Shown here: piece after piece, positions 1 through 9,858 of the stretch | Numbering within the stretch: the first letter of the stretch is position 1 | How the letters are laid out: every line of letters begins with the position of its first letter | Assembly: GCA_963664015.2 (NCBI GenBank) | Contig: CAXXLF010000001.1 | Span: 480,001-544,000, forward strand | DNA: 64,000 bases | Origin: Candidatus Binatia bacterium | Lineage (GTDB): Bacteria > Desulfobacterota > Binatia > UBA9968 > CAXXLF01 | Direction: 5' to 3' | Translations under genes and position numbers: made by a program | The notes under the pieces: generated by a model | What the model was told of the DNA's origin: nothing | Seen by the model: the letters and a program-made list of their open reading frames with translations, nothing else | Databases searched by the model: none

Positions 1-2
1 GT

Positions 3-377
3 TGGAGTGGGAACAACCCAACCCCTGACCAGGCCGGAACATCGGTGATCGATCAGGGATGTGAGATTGATGGCCGTTTTGTGTTCACGGGGACTCTGGT
101 CCTTAATGGAAAGTTTCACGGCCAAGTGATTTCGTCGGATACACTCATCGTTGGAGAAGGTGGAGATCTGGAGGCGGATATCGATGTGGGTGTCATCATC
201 GTGAGCGGCAAGATCCGAGGTCACGTAATCGCTCGGGAGCGGGTTGAGTTACGCAGGTCGGCATCCATGTATGGAGACATTGTAACCCCTGTCCTAGTGC
301 TGGAAGAGGGCGTCATATTTGACGGCCACTGCAAGATGAAGGGAGGCGACCTAGAGGTCGTCAACGAGAGATCTTAA
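3..377 (+). CDS. Bactofilin (polymer-forming cytoskeletal protein, CcmA/DUF583); probably 5'-partial
   Basis: Beta-helix repeats IDQGCEIDG..LIVGEGG..VIIVSGKIRG..GDIVTPVLVLEEGVIFDGHCKM; the frame is open back to position 3. Confidence 0.9.
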   Translation, partial: WSGNNPTPDQAGTSVIDQGCEIDGRFVFTGTLVLNGKFHGQVISSDTLIVGEGGDLEADIDVGVIIVSGKIRGHVIARERVELRRSASMYGDIVTPVLVLEEGVIFDGHCKMKGGDLEVVNERS

Positions 378-403
378 ACTCCCCTTTCGCACTCGCTACA
401 CCT

Positions 404-1276
404 ATGAACAAGAGCTACTCGATCCTGATCCATCCTAAAAACGAAACAAAGGTAAGGCGCTTCGGGGTATCCCACCTGGCCATCCGCGCCGTCGTTTCCA
501 CGGTCGTTGTCCTTGCAGCCATTGCCACCTGGATATTCGGGGACTACGTCTGGATGAAAGTTCAGAACCGCAAGCACAATAACGTCGAAGCCCGGCTCAC
601 CGCCGAGGTCCAAACCCTCAAGACGAAGCACCACGAAGAAGTCATTCTGCTGAGGAACCATGTCCAAACGCAGCAGAACAAGCTTCTAACCATTCAACAA
701 CAAATCAATGCGAGTCAGCAGCTCCTGGCCGATTGGAAGGACCTACGCACAAAGATCAAGGCCTCAATGCCCCGCCAGCGAAGGGCCTCATTAGAGGGCC
801 AGCATGTGGTGGAAACCCTGAAAAAGAGCCTGGTCTCCCTTCAAGGCGAACTTGAGAATCTGATCGCCTCGATCCCCTCCGAGTGGCCGACCAAGGGTTG
901 GCTGAGCTCGAATTTCGGTATGCGCGAATCACCCTGGACCAAGAAAAGAGAGTTTCATTCGGGCATCGACATTGCCAATCGCACCGGTACATCGGTCCAG
1001 GCCCCAGGGGCCGCGGTGGTGCATAGGGTCGGGCATAGCGGTGCCAACGGCAAACATATCATCCTGGACCACGGCCAGGGGATCACGACCCATTACGGCC
1101 ATCTCTCGAAAATCAAGGTTAAAAAAGGCGAACGAGTCGACAAGAAGCAGACCATCGGCAACATTGGCAGCACAGGAAGAAGCACCAATCCGCATCTTCA
1201 CTATGAGGTGCATATCAACGGCATCCCGATCAACCCCCGAAGAAAGCTACTTAACGGCAATCCGCCGATGTCCTAG
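404..1276 (+). CDS. M23 family metallopeptidase with N-terminal TM segment and coiled coil
   Basis: HSGIDIA (HxxxD) and STNPHLHYEV (HxH) motifs, YGHLS. Confidence 0.92.
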   Translation: MNKSYSILIHPKNETKVRRFGVSHLAIRAVVSTVVVLAAIATWIFGDYVWMKVQNRKHNNVEARLTAEVQTLKTKHHEEVILLRNHVQTQQNKLLTIQQQINASQQLLADWKDLRTKIKASMPRQRRASLEGQHVVETLKKSLVSLQGELENLIASIPSEWPTKGWLSSNFGMRESPWTKKREFHSGIDIANRTGTSVQAPGAAVVHRVGHSGANGKHIILDHGQGITTHYGHLSKIKVKKGERVDKKQTIGNIGSTGRSTNPHLHYEVHINGIPINPRRKLLNGNPPMS

Positions 1277-1342
1277 CCCGCCACCATCCGACGACCCGCG
1301 CTAACGTGCGTACGCTTTAAGTGTTCCCAAGGAAAACTAACC

Positions 1343-1371
1343 TTGACATAGGGGTAGGTGCGTTATAGAGT
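1343..1371 (+). promoter_or_regulatory. Sigma70-type promoter
   Basis: TTGACA-17nt-TAGAGT upstream of the YIP1 gene. Confidence 0.55.
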
Positions 1372-1386
1372 TCAAGCAAATCAGGT

Positions 1387-1917
1387 ATGAATTCCAGCTT
1401 TGTTGAAAAGATGATTCGGGCGGCCAGGTTGGACGTCCACCTTTACGAGGAAATCGAAGCCGATGAAAAGGCCAATACCCATGCATTGGCAGTCGTCATC
1501 CTTGCTGCAATCGCCGCCGGTGTCGGGACCAAAGGTGGCGGGCTGGTCGGTATTCTTATCGGTAGCCTGGTTGCCCTCATCGGCTGGTACGTCTGGGCGT
1601 ATCTCACGTTCTGGATCGGCACCAGAATTCTACCCGAGCCCGAGACCCATGCCAGCCACGGCGAGCTGCTGCGTACCATTGGATTTGCAGCGTCACCCGG
1701 CCTGATTCGCGTCTTCGGTGTCATCCCGCCGCTACGCGATGTCATTTTTGCCATCGCGGGGATCTGGATGTTGGTGGCCATGGTCGTCGCAGTGCGTTCG
1801 GCCCTGGATTACAAGAGCACGGGAAGAACGGTCGGAGTATGTATCATCGGATGGATTATACAAATCATTTTATTCGCCCTGCTTCTCACCGTTTTGGGGT
1901 TAGGAAAAGCGACTTGA
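1387..1917 (+). CDS. YIP1 family membrane protein
   Basis: RAARLDVHLYEEIEAD start, about 5 TM helices, ELLRTIGFAASPG. Confidence 0.75.
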   Translation: MNSSFVEKMIRAARLDVHLYEEIEADEKANTHALAVVILAAIAAGVGTKGGGLVGILIGSLVALIGWYVWAYLTFWIGTRILPEPETHASHGELLRTIGFAASPGLIRVFGVIPPLRDVIFAIAGIWMLVAMVVAVRSALDYKSTGRTVGVCIIGWIIQIILFALLLTVLGLGKAT

Positions 1918-1994
1918 GTCTTTTTAAAAATAGCATAGGCACAAAAGTACCCACGAAAACTTTTCTAAGGTCTAAGAAAAATAGGGGATTCTAA

Positions 1995-3008
1995 ATGGCA
2001 CAAGGTCGAAACGAATGGGAGGAGCTCCTCTCGCGCTTACCCAAGCTTTCCAAGCTCCTGAGTGCGGGTATTCCGACTGTCGTCCTAATCGTCATTATAG
2101 GTATCTGGGCTGCAAGCGGTATCTATGTCGTCGGACCGGGCGAACAGGGGGTGGTCCGCCAGTTCGGCAAGGTCACCGAGAAAACATCCGCGGGACTGAA
2201 CTACAATATCCCATGGCCTATCCAACAACGGGACGTCGTCAACATAGCACGGATCCAGCGTCTGGAGATCGGCTTTCGTACCAACCCAAGAAGAGCCGGC
2301 AGTATCCGGCCCGTCCCTCAGGAATCGTTAATGCTCACGGGAGACGAGAACATCGTGGACGCCCAGATGATCGTCCAGTTCCGAATCAAGGACCCGGTGC
2401 AATACCTCTTCCGGCTTCGCGATCCCGTCGGGACCCTCCGCGCCGCCACCGAGGTAGCGCTTAGGAGCCGTGTGGGAAACACGACTGTTGACCAAGTCCT
2501 GACCGTGGGCAGGGCCAAGGTTCAGGACGAGACCCGAGAGTTCCTCCAGCAGCTCATGGACACATACGAGTCCGGCTTGCTTATCACTGCGGTCAAGCTT
2601 CAAACCGTGGACGCCCCGAATCAGGTGAAGGATGCCTTTAATGAGGTTGTTCGTGCTCGTGAAGACAAGGAGAAGCTGGTTCGACAGGCCGAAGGATACC
2701 AAGAGGACTTAATTCCCAAGGCTCGTGGTGAGGCCCAGAAGATCATTCGAGCGGCGGAGGCCTATAAGGAAGAAAGGATCCTGAGGGCCAAGGGGGACGC
2801 GGCACGGTTCAACTCTGTCCTGACCGAATACCGCAAGGCACCGGGAGTCACCAGGGAACGGCTCCATCTCGAAATCGTGGAGCGTGTACTCGTGGACGTT
2901 GACAAGGTTATCCTCAGCAAGAACGGGGGCGGTGTGCTCCCTTTCCTGCCCCTCAAGGACCTGAATTTTAAATCCGGCACCACCACAGGAAAGGCGCAGG
3001 GGAGTTAA
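1995..3008 (+). CDS. hflK: FtsH protease modulator HflK
   Basis: SPFH domain, MLTGDENIVD, VKDAFNEV, IPKARGEA, APGVTRERL. Confidence 0.95.
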   Translation: MAQGRNEWEELLSRLPKLSKLLSAGIPTVVLIVIIGIWAASGIYVVGPGEQGVVRQFGKVTEKTSAGLNYNIPWPIQQRDVVNIARIQRLEIGFRTNPRRAGSIRPVPQESLMLTGDENIVDAQMIVQFRIKDPVQYLFRLRDPVGTLRAATEVALRSRVGNTTVDQVLTVGRAKVQDETREFLQQLMDTYESGLLITAVKLQTVDAPNQVKDAFNEVVRAREDKEKLVRQAEGYQEDLIPKARGEAQKIIRAAEAYKEERILRAKGDAARFNSVLTEYRKAPGVTRERLHLEIVERVLVDVDKVILSKNGGGVLPFLPLKDLNFKSGTTTGKAQGS

Positions 3009-3010
3009 TT

Positions 3011-3883
3011 ATGATCGGAAAAATCTTTTCCAGCATTGGCGTGCTTCTAGTCGTCGCCCTCATGATTCTTGGAAGCCAAACATTCTTTATTGTGGGCGAA
3101 TGGGAACAGGCTTTGGTTCTGCAGCTCGGAAAATTCAAGTACGCAATTCAGAAGCCCGGGCTCAACTGGAAGTACCCGTTTCTGCAGCAGTCTATTATAT
3201 TCGAGGGGCGTATCCTCGCCAGCGATGCCGAGCCTGCAGAGTACTTGACGAAGGACAAGAAGCGCGTTGTCGTAGACCACGTGACCCGATGGAGGATCAA
3301 AGATCCGCTACAGTTCTACAAGACGGTCCGGGACGAGTCTGGGGCACGCGCTCGTTTAGACGAAATCGTCTTCTCCGAGTTAAGGGGCGAGCTGGCCAGC
3401 CGGGAATTTGCCGCTATCATCGCCGCGGAACGTGAGCCCGCCATGGAGGCCGTAGCTACAAGGGCGGCCGCGAAGGCCGAAGAATTCGGGATCGACGTTG
3501 TGGATGTCAGGGTCAAGCGGGCCGACCTGCCCCGCGAGGTTCAGGAGAGTGTGTACTCGCGTATGCGCGCCGAGCGTGAACGTATCTCCAAGCGCTACCG
3601 CTCAGAGGGCGAGGAGGAGGCGGCCAAGATCCGCGCCGACACGGACAAGGATAAGACGATTATCCTGGCCAAGGCCTACGAGGAAAGCCAGCGGCGAAGA
3701 GGCGAAGGAGACGCCCAGGCCACAACCATCTACGGCTCGGCCTACGGGCAGGACCCCGAGTTCTACAGCTTCGTGCGCAGTCTCGATGCCTACGACAAGT
3801 TCTTAGGGAAAAAAAGCACCGTGCTGCTCTCCGAGGACTCGCCCCTGCTGAAGTACCTGGCGGATTCGCGGAAACCTAAATAG
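3011..3883 (+). CDS. hflC: FtsH protease modulator HflC
   Basis: LTKDKK, VYSRMRAERER, DPEFYSFVRSLDAY; follows hflK. Confidence 0.95.
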   Translation: MIGKIFSSIGVLLVVALMILGSQTFFIVGEWEQALVLQLGKFKYAIQKPGLNWKYPFLQQSIIFEGRILASDAEPAEYLTKDKKRVVVDHVTRWRIKDPLQFYKTVRDESGARARLDEIVFSELRGELASREFAAIIAAEREPAMEAVATRAAAKAEEFGIDVVDVRVKRADLPREVQESVYSRMRAERERISKRYRSEGEEEAAKIRADTDKDKTIILAKAYEESQRRRGEGDAQATTIYGSAYGQDPEFYSFVRSLDAYDKFLGKKSTVLLSEDSPLLKYLADSRKPK

Positions 3884-4029
3884 TACAACCGTCTACTCGC
3901 CTAGCCAACGAACTTGCGAACTTGGCCCGTGCCCCCTGTCAGACCACCGCTCGTGGATGACACACGCCTTCGAAACAAGGCAATCGTCCAACGTATAATC
4001 ACCACACTACCGTTGCATGGGGATCAACC

Positions 4030-4983
4030 ATGACAACACTCATTACCGGTATCGGACTCGTAGGGACCTCAGTTGCGCAAGCGGTACTGAAGCGTGGTGA
4101 ACGATTGGTGTTTCTCGACTTTCAGCCGCGCGGGGATTTTGTGAAGCGCAAACTCGGCAAGGCAAATGTCGTCGTCGTGCAGAACGACGTACGCGACCTG
4201 CCAGCCCTGATCCAGATCATGAAAGAGCATAGGGTAGACACGGTGGTCCACACAGCGGGTCTCATCGGGGGCCGGGTCACCGAGTCCCTATACACGGGCA
4301 TGCAGATCAATGTCATGGGAACCCTCAATGTAGCGGAGGCCGTGCGCCTGACGGGAGCAAAGCGCCTGGTCCATATCAGCACCCACGGGATTTATGACCG
4401 AAGACAGGAGCGGAACGCCCCGGTGACGGAGGATTTCCCCAGGGGAGGAGGTTCCGGTTACGGGAATTCGAAGGCGGCCAAGGAACTCATCCTGGAGGCT
4501 TATCAACGCCAATACGGTTTTGAACTCGTTGTATTGCGTCTCGCCGGTGTATACGGTCTGGGCCATTTCTGGTCTGGCTCCGGCGGAGGCAGAATGGTTC
4601 AGTCCCTCGTTCAAGGGGGCCTGACTGGAGAGGTCGTCCGATTATCCAAGGGCCAAACGCGGGACTTCGAATACGTCTACTCCAAAGACGTGGGTCGAGC
4701 CATCGATCTGGCCGCAACCGTCCCCGCGCCTTCCATGACTTTCTTCAATATCGGCTCCGGCGTCATAACCAAATTTGATGACCTCATCGCCACGGCGAAG
4801 GGTTTTCTTCCCAAACTCAAGGTCCAAGTTGCCCCCGGCAAGACACCGTCATCAGCCGGGCAACCCCTGGACCTGACCCTGGCAAAGCGGCACTTAGGTT
4901 GGCAGCCCCAATTCGACATGGAGGCCGGTCTCAAGGACTTGGCCCAGGAACTCCTATCCAGCGATGATGTTGAAATAAACTAA
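4030..4983 (+). CDS. NAD-dependent epimerase/dehydratase (extended SDR)
   Basis: TGIGLVG Rossmann motif, YGNSK (YxxxK). Confidence 0.85.
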   Translation: MTTLITGIGLVGTSVAQAVLKRGERLVFLDFQPRGDFVKRKLGKANVVVVQNDVRDLPALIQIMKEHRVDTVVHTAGLIGGRVTESLYTGMQINVMGTLNVAEAVRLTGAKRLVHISTHGIYDRRQERNAPVTEDFPRGGGSGYGNSKAAKELILEAYQRQYGFELVVLRLAGVYGLGHFWSGSGGGRMVQSLVQGGLTGEVVRLSKGQTRDFEYVYSKDVGRAIDLAATVPAPSMTFFNIGSGVITKFDDLIATAKGFLPKLKVQVAPGKTPSSAGQPLDLTLAKRHLGWQPQFDMEAGLKDLAQELLSSDDVEIN

Positions 4984-5002
4984 GCCGACAGCAGGCGCGC
5001 GG

Positions 5003-5851
5003 TCAATCCACGACGTCGGCTTCGATTGAAAAGACGTCAACGGGATGGGGCAGCCAGTATCTCGCACCGTCATAGGTCGAGACCCGCTGCAAATACTCGA
5101 AGATCATGGCGCGCAGGTTGTCCGGCAACTGATCGGTCTCAGCCTGTACGATGAAATCTATGATACGGGCGCCTTCCTCGGAACCATCGACAAAGCAGGA
5201 GGTTACGTCCAGTTTGGCATCGATTCGATCCTTTTCGAATGGTATCTTTTGCTCCTCAATATGACCCTCGAGGTCTTCACTGAACCAGCTTCTACGGCCG
5301 CGCTCCAGGTTCCAAAATTTGTCGGCAAGCTGATTGAGTATTCCATTAGGTGCTAGAAAGATGACCAAGCGACCACCGTCCTTAAGAAGATTCAGTGCAG
5401 TATCGATGGTCTGGGCCGGTTCGTCCATATAATAGAGCGAATGGGTCATGTGGACCAGATCGAATCGTTCACGAAAAGGATGGTTCTCGAAATCAGCGGC
5501 ATGAACCCCGACTCGAACGCGCCCATTGACACGAGTCTCTAGCAGTTGGGTGAACCGTTCGCATTGATGCGGATTCGGATCGATACCCACGTATGAAACC
5601 TCACGGACGGTGGAACTGATCGAACCGAGAAACTGGTTATCGAATACCCCGCTGCCGGATCCCACACTGAGAACCGCCGCGCAATCCATGGGCAGAGACG
5701 AAACGAGATTTTCCCTGAGCCACGCCAGCATGCTCATACGCTGATTACTGGCAGCCTCATAGGTCTCGGCACACTCCGCATAGCGGTTTCCCTCAAGAGA
5801 CGGGACTTCATCGAGTCTGGATAACTCAAGCTGCAGGTCGGAAATATTCAT
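5003..5851 (-). CDS. Class I SAM-dependent methyltransferase (histamine N-methyltransferase-like)
   Basis: VLSVGSGSG motif I, GIDPN, FDLVHMTHSLYY; start set at the ATG at 5851. Confidence 0.8.
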   Translation of the reverse strand: MNISDLQLELSRLDEVPSLEGNRYAECAETYEAASNQRMSMLAWLRENLVSSLPMDCAAVLSVGSGSGVFDNQFLGSISSTVREVSYVGIDPNPHQCERFTQLLETRVNGRVRVGVHAADFENHPFRERFDLVHMTHSLYYMDEPAQTIDTALNLLKDGGRLVIFLAPNGILNQLADKFWNLERGRRSWFSEDLEGHIEEQKIPFEKDRIDAKLDVTSCFVDGSEEGARIIDFIVQAETDQLPDNLRAMIFEYLQRVSTYDGARYWLPHPVDVFSIEADVVD

Positions 5852-6221
5852 TATGCTTCTTTTTAGTTTAAGGGTAGGTGAAAGATAGGAAACGGCAATG
5901 TGGGACAAGAATCCAGAGAACCGGCGGCTCTTACAAAATCTGTGTCAAATCACCAAATCGTTTACGGAACCTACACCCTGTGAGCCTCTCTCCTTAAGAG
6001 TCTCCATCCTCGGAAAAACCCATGCCATGCCCCTGATTGTAATACGGTATGGCATGGACTTCTTGGGGTCCTGTAAAGGAATAGTTTATTACCCGAATAC
6101 GGAAGAAATGTCTAGGATTGAATTGGAAAACCACCTTTGGTTGACACAAACACCCCCTTTCATTCATAGTTTAAACTCGACGACTTATGTGAGAGGCATC
6201 TAATCCAATACAGAAGAACCC

Positions 6222-6971
6222 ATGTTCAATCTTAGCGATATTTCAAAACGTTTTGGGAACGTCGCGGCGCTGGACGGCTTCAACCTGTCACTGGAAGCGG
6301 GGCGGACTACCGTCCTGATCGGGCCCTCCGGTTGTGGTAAGTCCACTATCCTGAGACTCATGATCGGGCTTCAGACCCCCGATTCGGGCCAGATTCGCTT
6401 TGCCGGCGAGCTCTTGGACCCCGAACATATCATGGCCCTGCGACGACGTATGGGCTATGTGATTCAAGACGGGGGCCTGTTCCCCCACCTCTCCGCGCGT
6501 GAAAATATCGCATTGATGGCTCGTTACCTGGGCTGGCCGGTTACTCGCATAGAAGACCGGCTCCGGGAGCTGGCCGACCTCACCCACTTTCCCATGGATG
6601 GATTGGATCGATTCCCCATTCAGCTATCGGGGGGACAACAACAACGGGTAGGCTTGATGCGCGCCTTGATGCTCGACCCGGAGGTGCTGCTGCTCGACGA
6701 ACCGTTGGGCGCCCTTGATCCAATGATTCGATTCGAGCTGCAGGAAGACTTGAAAAGTGTTTTTACAACTCTCGGGAAGACGGTGGTCATGGTAACCCAC
6801 GACTTAGGGGAAGCGGCCTTCTTCGGCGACACCATCATCCTCATGCGGGCCGGTCGCATTGTCCAGCAGGGTACACTGGAGGCCATGCTACGAGCCCCAG
6901 CCGAGAACTTCGTGCGTAACTTCACAAAGGCTCAACGATCCCATTTGAGTCCCGAGGTTACCGAGCAGTGA
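6222..6971 (+). CDS. ABC ATP-binding protein, OpuA/ProV/OsmV type
   Basis: GPSGCGKS, LSGGQQQR, LLLDEPLGALDP, GYVIQDGGLFPH. Confidence 0.92.
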   Translation: MFNLSDISKRFGNVAALDGFNLSLEAGRTTVLIGPSGCGKSTILRLMIGLQTPDSGQIRFAGELLDPEHIMALRRRMGYVIQDGGLFPHLSARENIALMARYLGWPVTRIEDRLRELADLTHFPMDGLDRFPIQLSGGQQQRVGLMRALMLDPEVLLLDEPLGALDPMIRFELQEDLKSVFTTLGKTVVMVTHDLGEAAFFGDTIILMRAGRIVQQGTLEAMLRAPAENFVRNFTKAQRSHLSPEVTEQ

Positions 6972-8473
6972 AATTTCTCCGGGCCTTCATTACTGTAATA
7001 CTCCTAACCCTGCTCACAGGCTGCGGGGACGCACCCAAGGACCGCATTATGCGCATTGGCTCAAAGAACTTCACCGAAGGTGTGGTCCTGGGAGAGCTTG
7101 CGCGCACTCTCATCGAGCTCTCCGGTCGATCCACGTGGCATCACCGGTCGCTGGGTGGAACGCGTTTGGTCTTCAATGCACTGGTCGCCGGTGAGATCGA
7201 CGTGTACGCCGAGTATTCGGGAACCCTCACCCACGAGATCCTGGCATCGCAAAAGCCCAAGGACGAAGATGAGCTGCGAGCGATCCTGAAGGATTTGGGA
7301 TTGCAGATGAGCCGCCCTCTGGGCTTCAAGAACAACTACGCCATCGGCATGCGCCGTGAGACCGCTAAGCGCCTCGGTATCAAGCGGGTCTCCCAGTTGC
7401 GCAACCACCCGGATCTGGTCTTTCGTTTTGGGACCGAGTTTATGGATCGCGACGACGGTTGGCCGGGATTGCGATCCCGCTACGCTCTACCCCAGAAGAA
7501 TGTCCGCGGTGTCGAACACGACCTGGCCTATCGTGGCCTCGCCGCCGGCGATGTCGACGTCACCGACCTCTACACTACAGATGCCGAGATCAAATACTAT
7601 AACTTGGCCGTTCTCGAAGACGACCTTTCATACTTTCCCCAGTATCATGCAGTGCTGCTCTACCGTACCGCCTTGGAAAAGGAAGCCCCGGAGACTGTTA
7701 CCTACCTAAAACGCCTAGAAGGCACTATCAACGAGACGGCAATGATCGAAATGAATGCGAGAGTGAAGCTGCAGGGAACAACTGAGTCCGAAGTGGCCGC
7801 CGACTTCTTACGCAAGCGACTCGGCATGAACGCCAAGGCATCCGTCGAGAACCGGTTACAGCGCCTGGCACGTTATACGAAAGAGCACGTTGCACTGGTC
7901 GGGGTTTCGCTGATTGCGGCCGTGCTCCTCGCCATCCCACTGGGCATCATCGCAGCGCGGTGGCCCCGGACCGGTCAACTTGTGCTCGGTTGTGTCGGCG
8001 TCGCGCAAACGATTCCCGCACTGGCCATGCTCGTGTTCATGATACCACTGCTCGGCATCGGAGCGGGCCCGGCAGTCGTCGCTCTGTTTATCTACAGCCT
8101 TCTCCCCATCGTTCGTAACACGCATGCGGGTCTCACCGGTATCCCGTTGACCTTGCGGGAATCCGCCGAAGCCCTGGGTCTCCCCCCGAGAGCCCGGCTA
8201 CGGCTGGTGGAGGCGCCCCTGGCCATGCCGTCGATCCTGGCCGGAATCAAGACCGCGGCGGTAATCAATGTCGGAGCTGCGACGCTGGGCGCTCTCATCG
8301 GCGCCGGCGGCTACGGCCAACCCATTCTAACCGGGATCCGTCTTGACGACGTCGGTTTGATCCTCGAGGGAGCAATTCCCGCAGCCGTCCTTGCCCTTGC
8401 GGTGCAGTGGCTCTTCGACCTGGCGGAGTATTTTGTAGTACCCCCGGGACTCAGAACCGCCACTGGCAATTAA
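6968..8473 (+). CDS. Fused substrate-binding protein and permease of a quaternary-amine (betaine/ergothioneine-like) ABC importer
   Basis: Lipobox LTGC, IGSKNFTE, YAEYSGT, NNYAI; C-terminal OpuBB-type permease (IGAGGYG). Confidence 0.88.
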   Translation: MKFLRAFITVILLTLLTGCGDAPKDRIMRIGSKNFTEGVVLGELARTLIELSGRSTWHHRSLGGTRLVFNALVAGEIDVYAEYSGTLTHEILASQKPKDEDELRAILKDLGLQMSRPLGFKNNYAIGMRRETAKRLGIKRVSQLRNHPDLVFRFGTEFMDRDDGWPGLRSRYALPQKNVRGVEHDLAYRGLAAGDVDVTDLYTTDAEIKYYNLAVLEDDLSYFPQYHAVLLYRTALEKEAPETVTYLKRLEGTINETAMIEMNARVKLQGTTESEVAADFLRKRLGMNAKASVENRLQRLARYTKEHVALVGVSLIAAVLLAIPLGIIAARWPRTGQLVLGCVGVAQTIPALAMLVFMIPLLGIGAGPAVVALFIYSLLPIVRNTHAGLTGIPLTLRESAEALGLPPRARLRLVEAPLAMPSILAGIKTAAVINVGAATLGALIGAGGYGQPILTGIRLDDVGLILEGAIPAAVLALAVQWLFDLAEYFVVPPGLRTATGN

Positions 8474-8573
8474 TTTCTGAAGCCCGGCACACGCGGCCGA
8501 CAACACCAAGCTGACAGTCACCTTATTTCTCTTGACAAAACTTAACGGTCAGGATACTTAGAACTCAAATACG

Positions 8574-8840
8574 TCCTAGGTGCCCACACGGGATAATAGG
8601 GAAACCGGTGCAAATCCGGTGCGGTCCCGCCACTGTAAAGGCCACGAAAGCCGCAATGCAAAAGCCACTGCCGGCTTCGTTACTCGTTGATTCGTTAAAT
8701 CGTTACTGGTTAAACGCCAGAAACGAATAACGGATACACGAATAACGAAACGACGGGAAGGCGCGGCGAGTAGAAGGAAGCCTGAGCCAGGAGACCTGCC
8801 TAGGAGCAAGAGGCCGGCCTCTCCGAAGGAGAGAGGTGGT
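8574..8840 (+). ncRNA. Cobalamin riboswitch 1 (with long inserted hairpin)
   Basis: AATAGGGAAACCGGTGCAAATCCGGTGCGGTCCCGCCACTGT, GCCACTG..GGGAAGG, B12 box GAGCCAGGAGACCTGCC; P1 TCCTAGG/CCTAGGA; TTGACA at 8532. Confidence 0.95.
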
Positions 8841-8911
8841 TCTGATCGTTCCTTACCGAACATCCCTCCACCTGATCCATCGTTGAGACCTCAAGTCCTC
8901 GTACAACAACG

Positions 8912-9832
8912 ATGCGATTGTTCCTATTTATCACCATCTCGGCCCTGCTTCATTCGCTGATCCTCGCCTTCCCTTTTCCCTATTCCCGTGGAGAAAATGG
9001 AGTGGCTATCCCGGTGACTCTAATCCTTGGCCGCCTCCAAGAAACAGAGAGGCCAACCTCCATTCGGAAGCTACCGGTACCCCAGCGCATGCGGTCCACC
9101 CTGGTCAAAAGTAGAAAGCCAGTGATTCCACCTATAAAAAAAGTAATGGCGAAAAGATTGCCAACAATCATTCCCAGCAAGCCAACTCGCCTCTCCTCCT
9201 CTAAGAATCAAAAGCCAAGGGCCCAGGCTAAAAAACCGATAGACAAGCCCGCACCCTCTATCGATCGGTTGGCGCTTATCTTCGAAGAGCCCTCTGATGA
9301 ACCATTAGAGATGCGAGTCGAAGGTCCGGCGCCTATAACTGAGCAGGATCTAGAGACTGCTAAACTTCCCCAAGAGGGCCAGGATCAAGAATGGAACATG
9401 GGTGAAGCCACATCCTTCCTCGACGCCCCCTCCCCTGCTATGGGTCGGGTCGATGGCAACCCGGGGGACGGCGGATCCCAAAATGACCGCATCGACCAAT
9501 CTCCCATTTTTGGAGTCCAGTACGCGCATATGGCAAAGCCTGAATACCCATGGAGGGCCAGGCGCATGGGTTGGGAAGGAACCACACTGCTCAGGGTCCT
9601 GGTCGACCAACAAGGCCATTCCAAGAGTGTCCTGATAAGCCGAAGCTCCGGATTTGATAACCTGGACAGCGCTGCGGTAAAGGCCGTCAAAGGCTGGCGC
9701 TTCAATCCGGCGCGTTCCAGGGCCGGGCCCGTCGAGAGTTGGGTCAAGATCCCAATTGTCTTTACCCTGAAAAAACCGAGTTATTCGTCAATCGTTAATT
9801 CAAATTATGCGAATGAAGGAGGGCCAGATTAG
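8912..9832 (+). CDS. tonB: Energy transducer TonB
   Basis: N-terminal TM with SALLH, Pro/Lys-rich linker, PEYPWRARRMGWEG..SSGFDNLDSAA. Confidence 0.9.
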   Translation: MRLFLFITISALLHSLILAFPFPYSRGENGVAIPVTLILGRLQETERPTSIRKLPVPQRMRSTLVKSRKPVIPPIKKVMAKRLPTIIPSKPTRLSSSKNQKPRAQAKKPIDKPAPSIDRLALIFEEPSDEPLEMRVEGPAPITEQDLETAKLPQEGQDQEWNMGEATSFLDAPSPAMGRVDGNPGDGGSQNDRIDQSPIFGVQYAHMAKPEYPWRARRMGWEGTTLLRVLVDQQGHSKSVLISRSSGFDNLDSAAVKAVKGWRFNPARSRAGPVESWVKIPIVFTLKKPSYSSIVNSNYANEGGPD

Positions 9833-9858
9833 AAGAGAGAGTTAAAATTTAATTGGCT

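Noticed and set aside
5898-6203. 101-aa ORF between the methyltransferase and the ABC ATPase
   Set aside because: No recognisable motif; it overlaps a probable promoter region (TTGACA near 6142)
8576-8863. Related ORFs at 8576-8863 and 9829-10062 sharing SNDLTNQRVTKPAV
   Set aside because: They are reverse translations of the two riboswitches, not proteins
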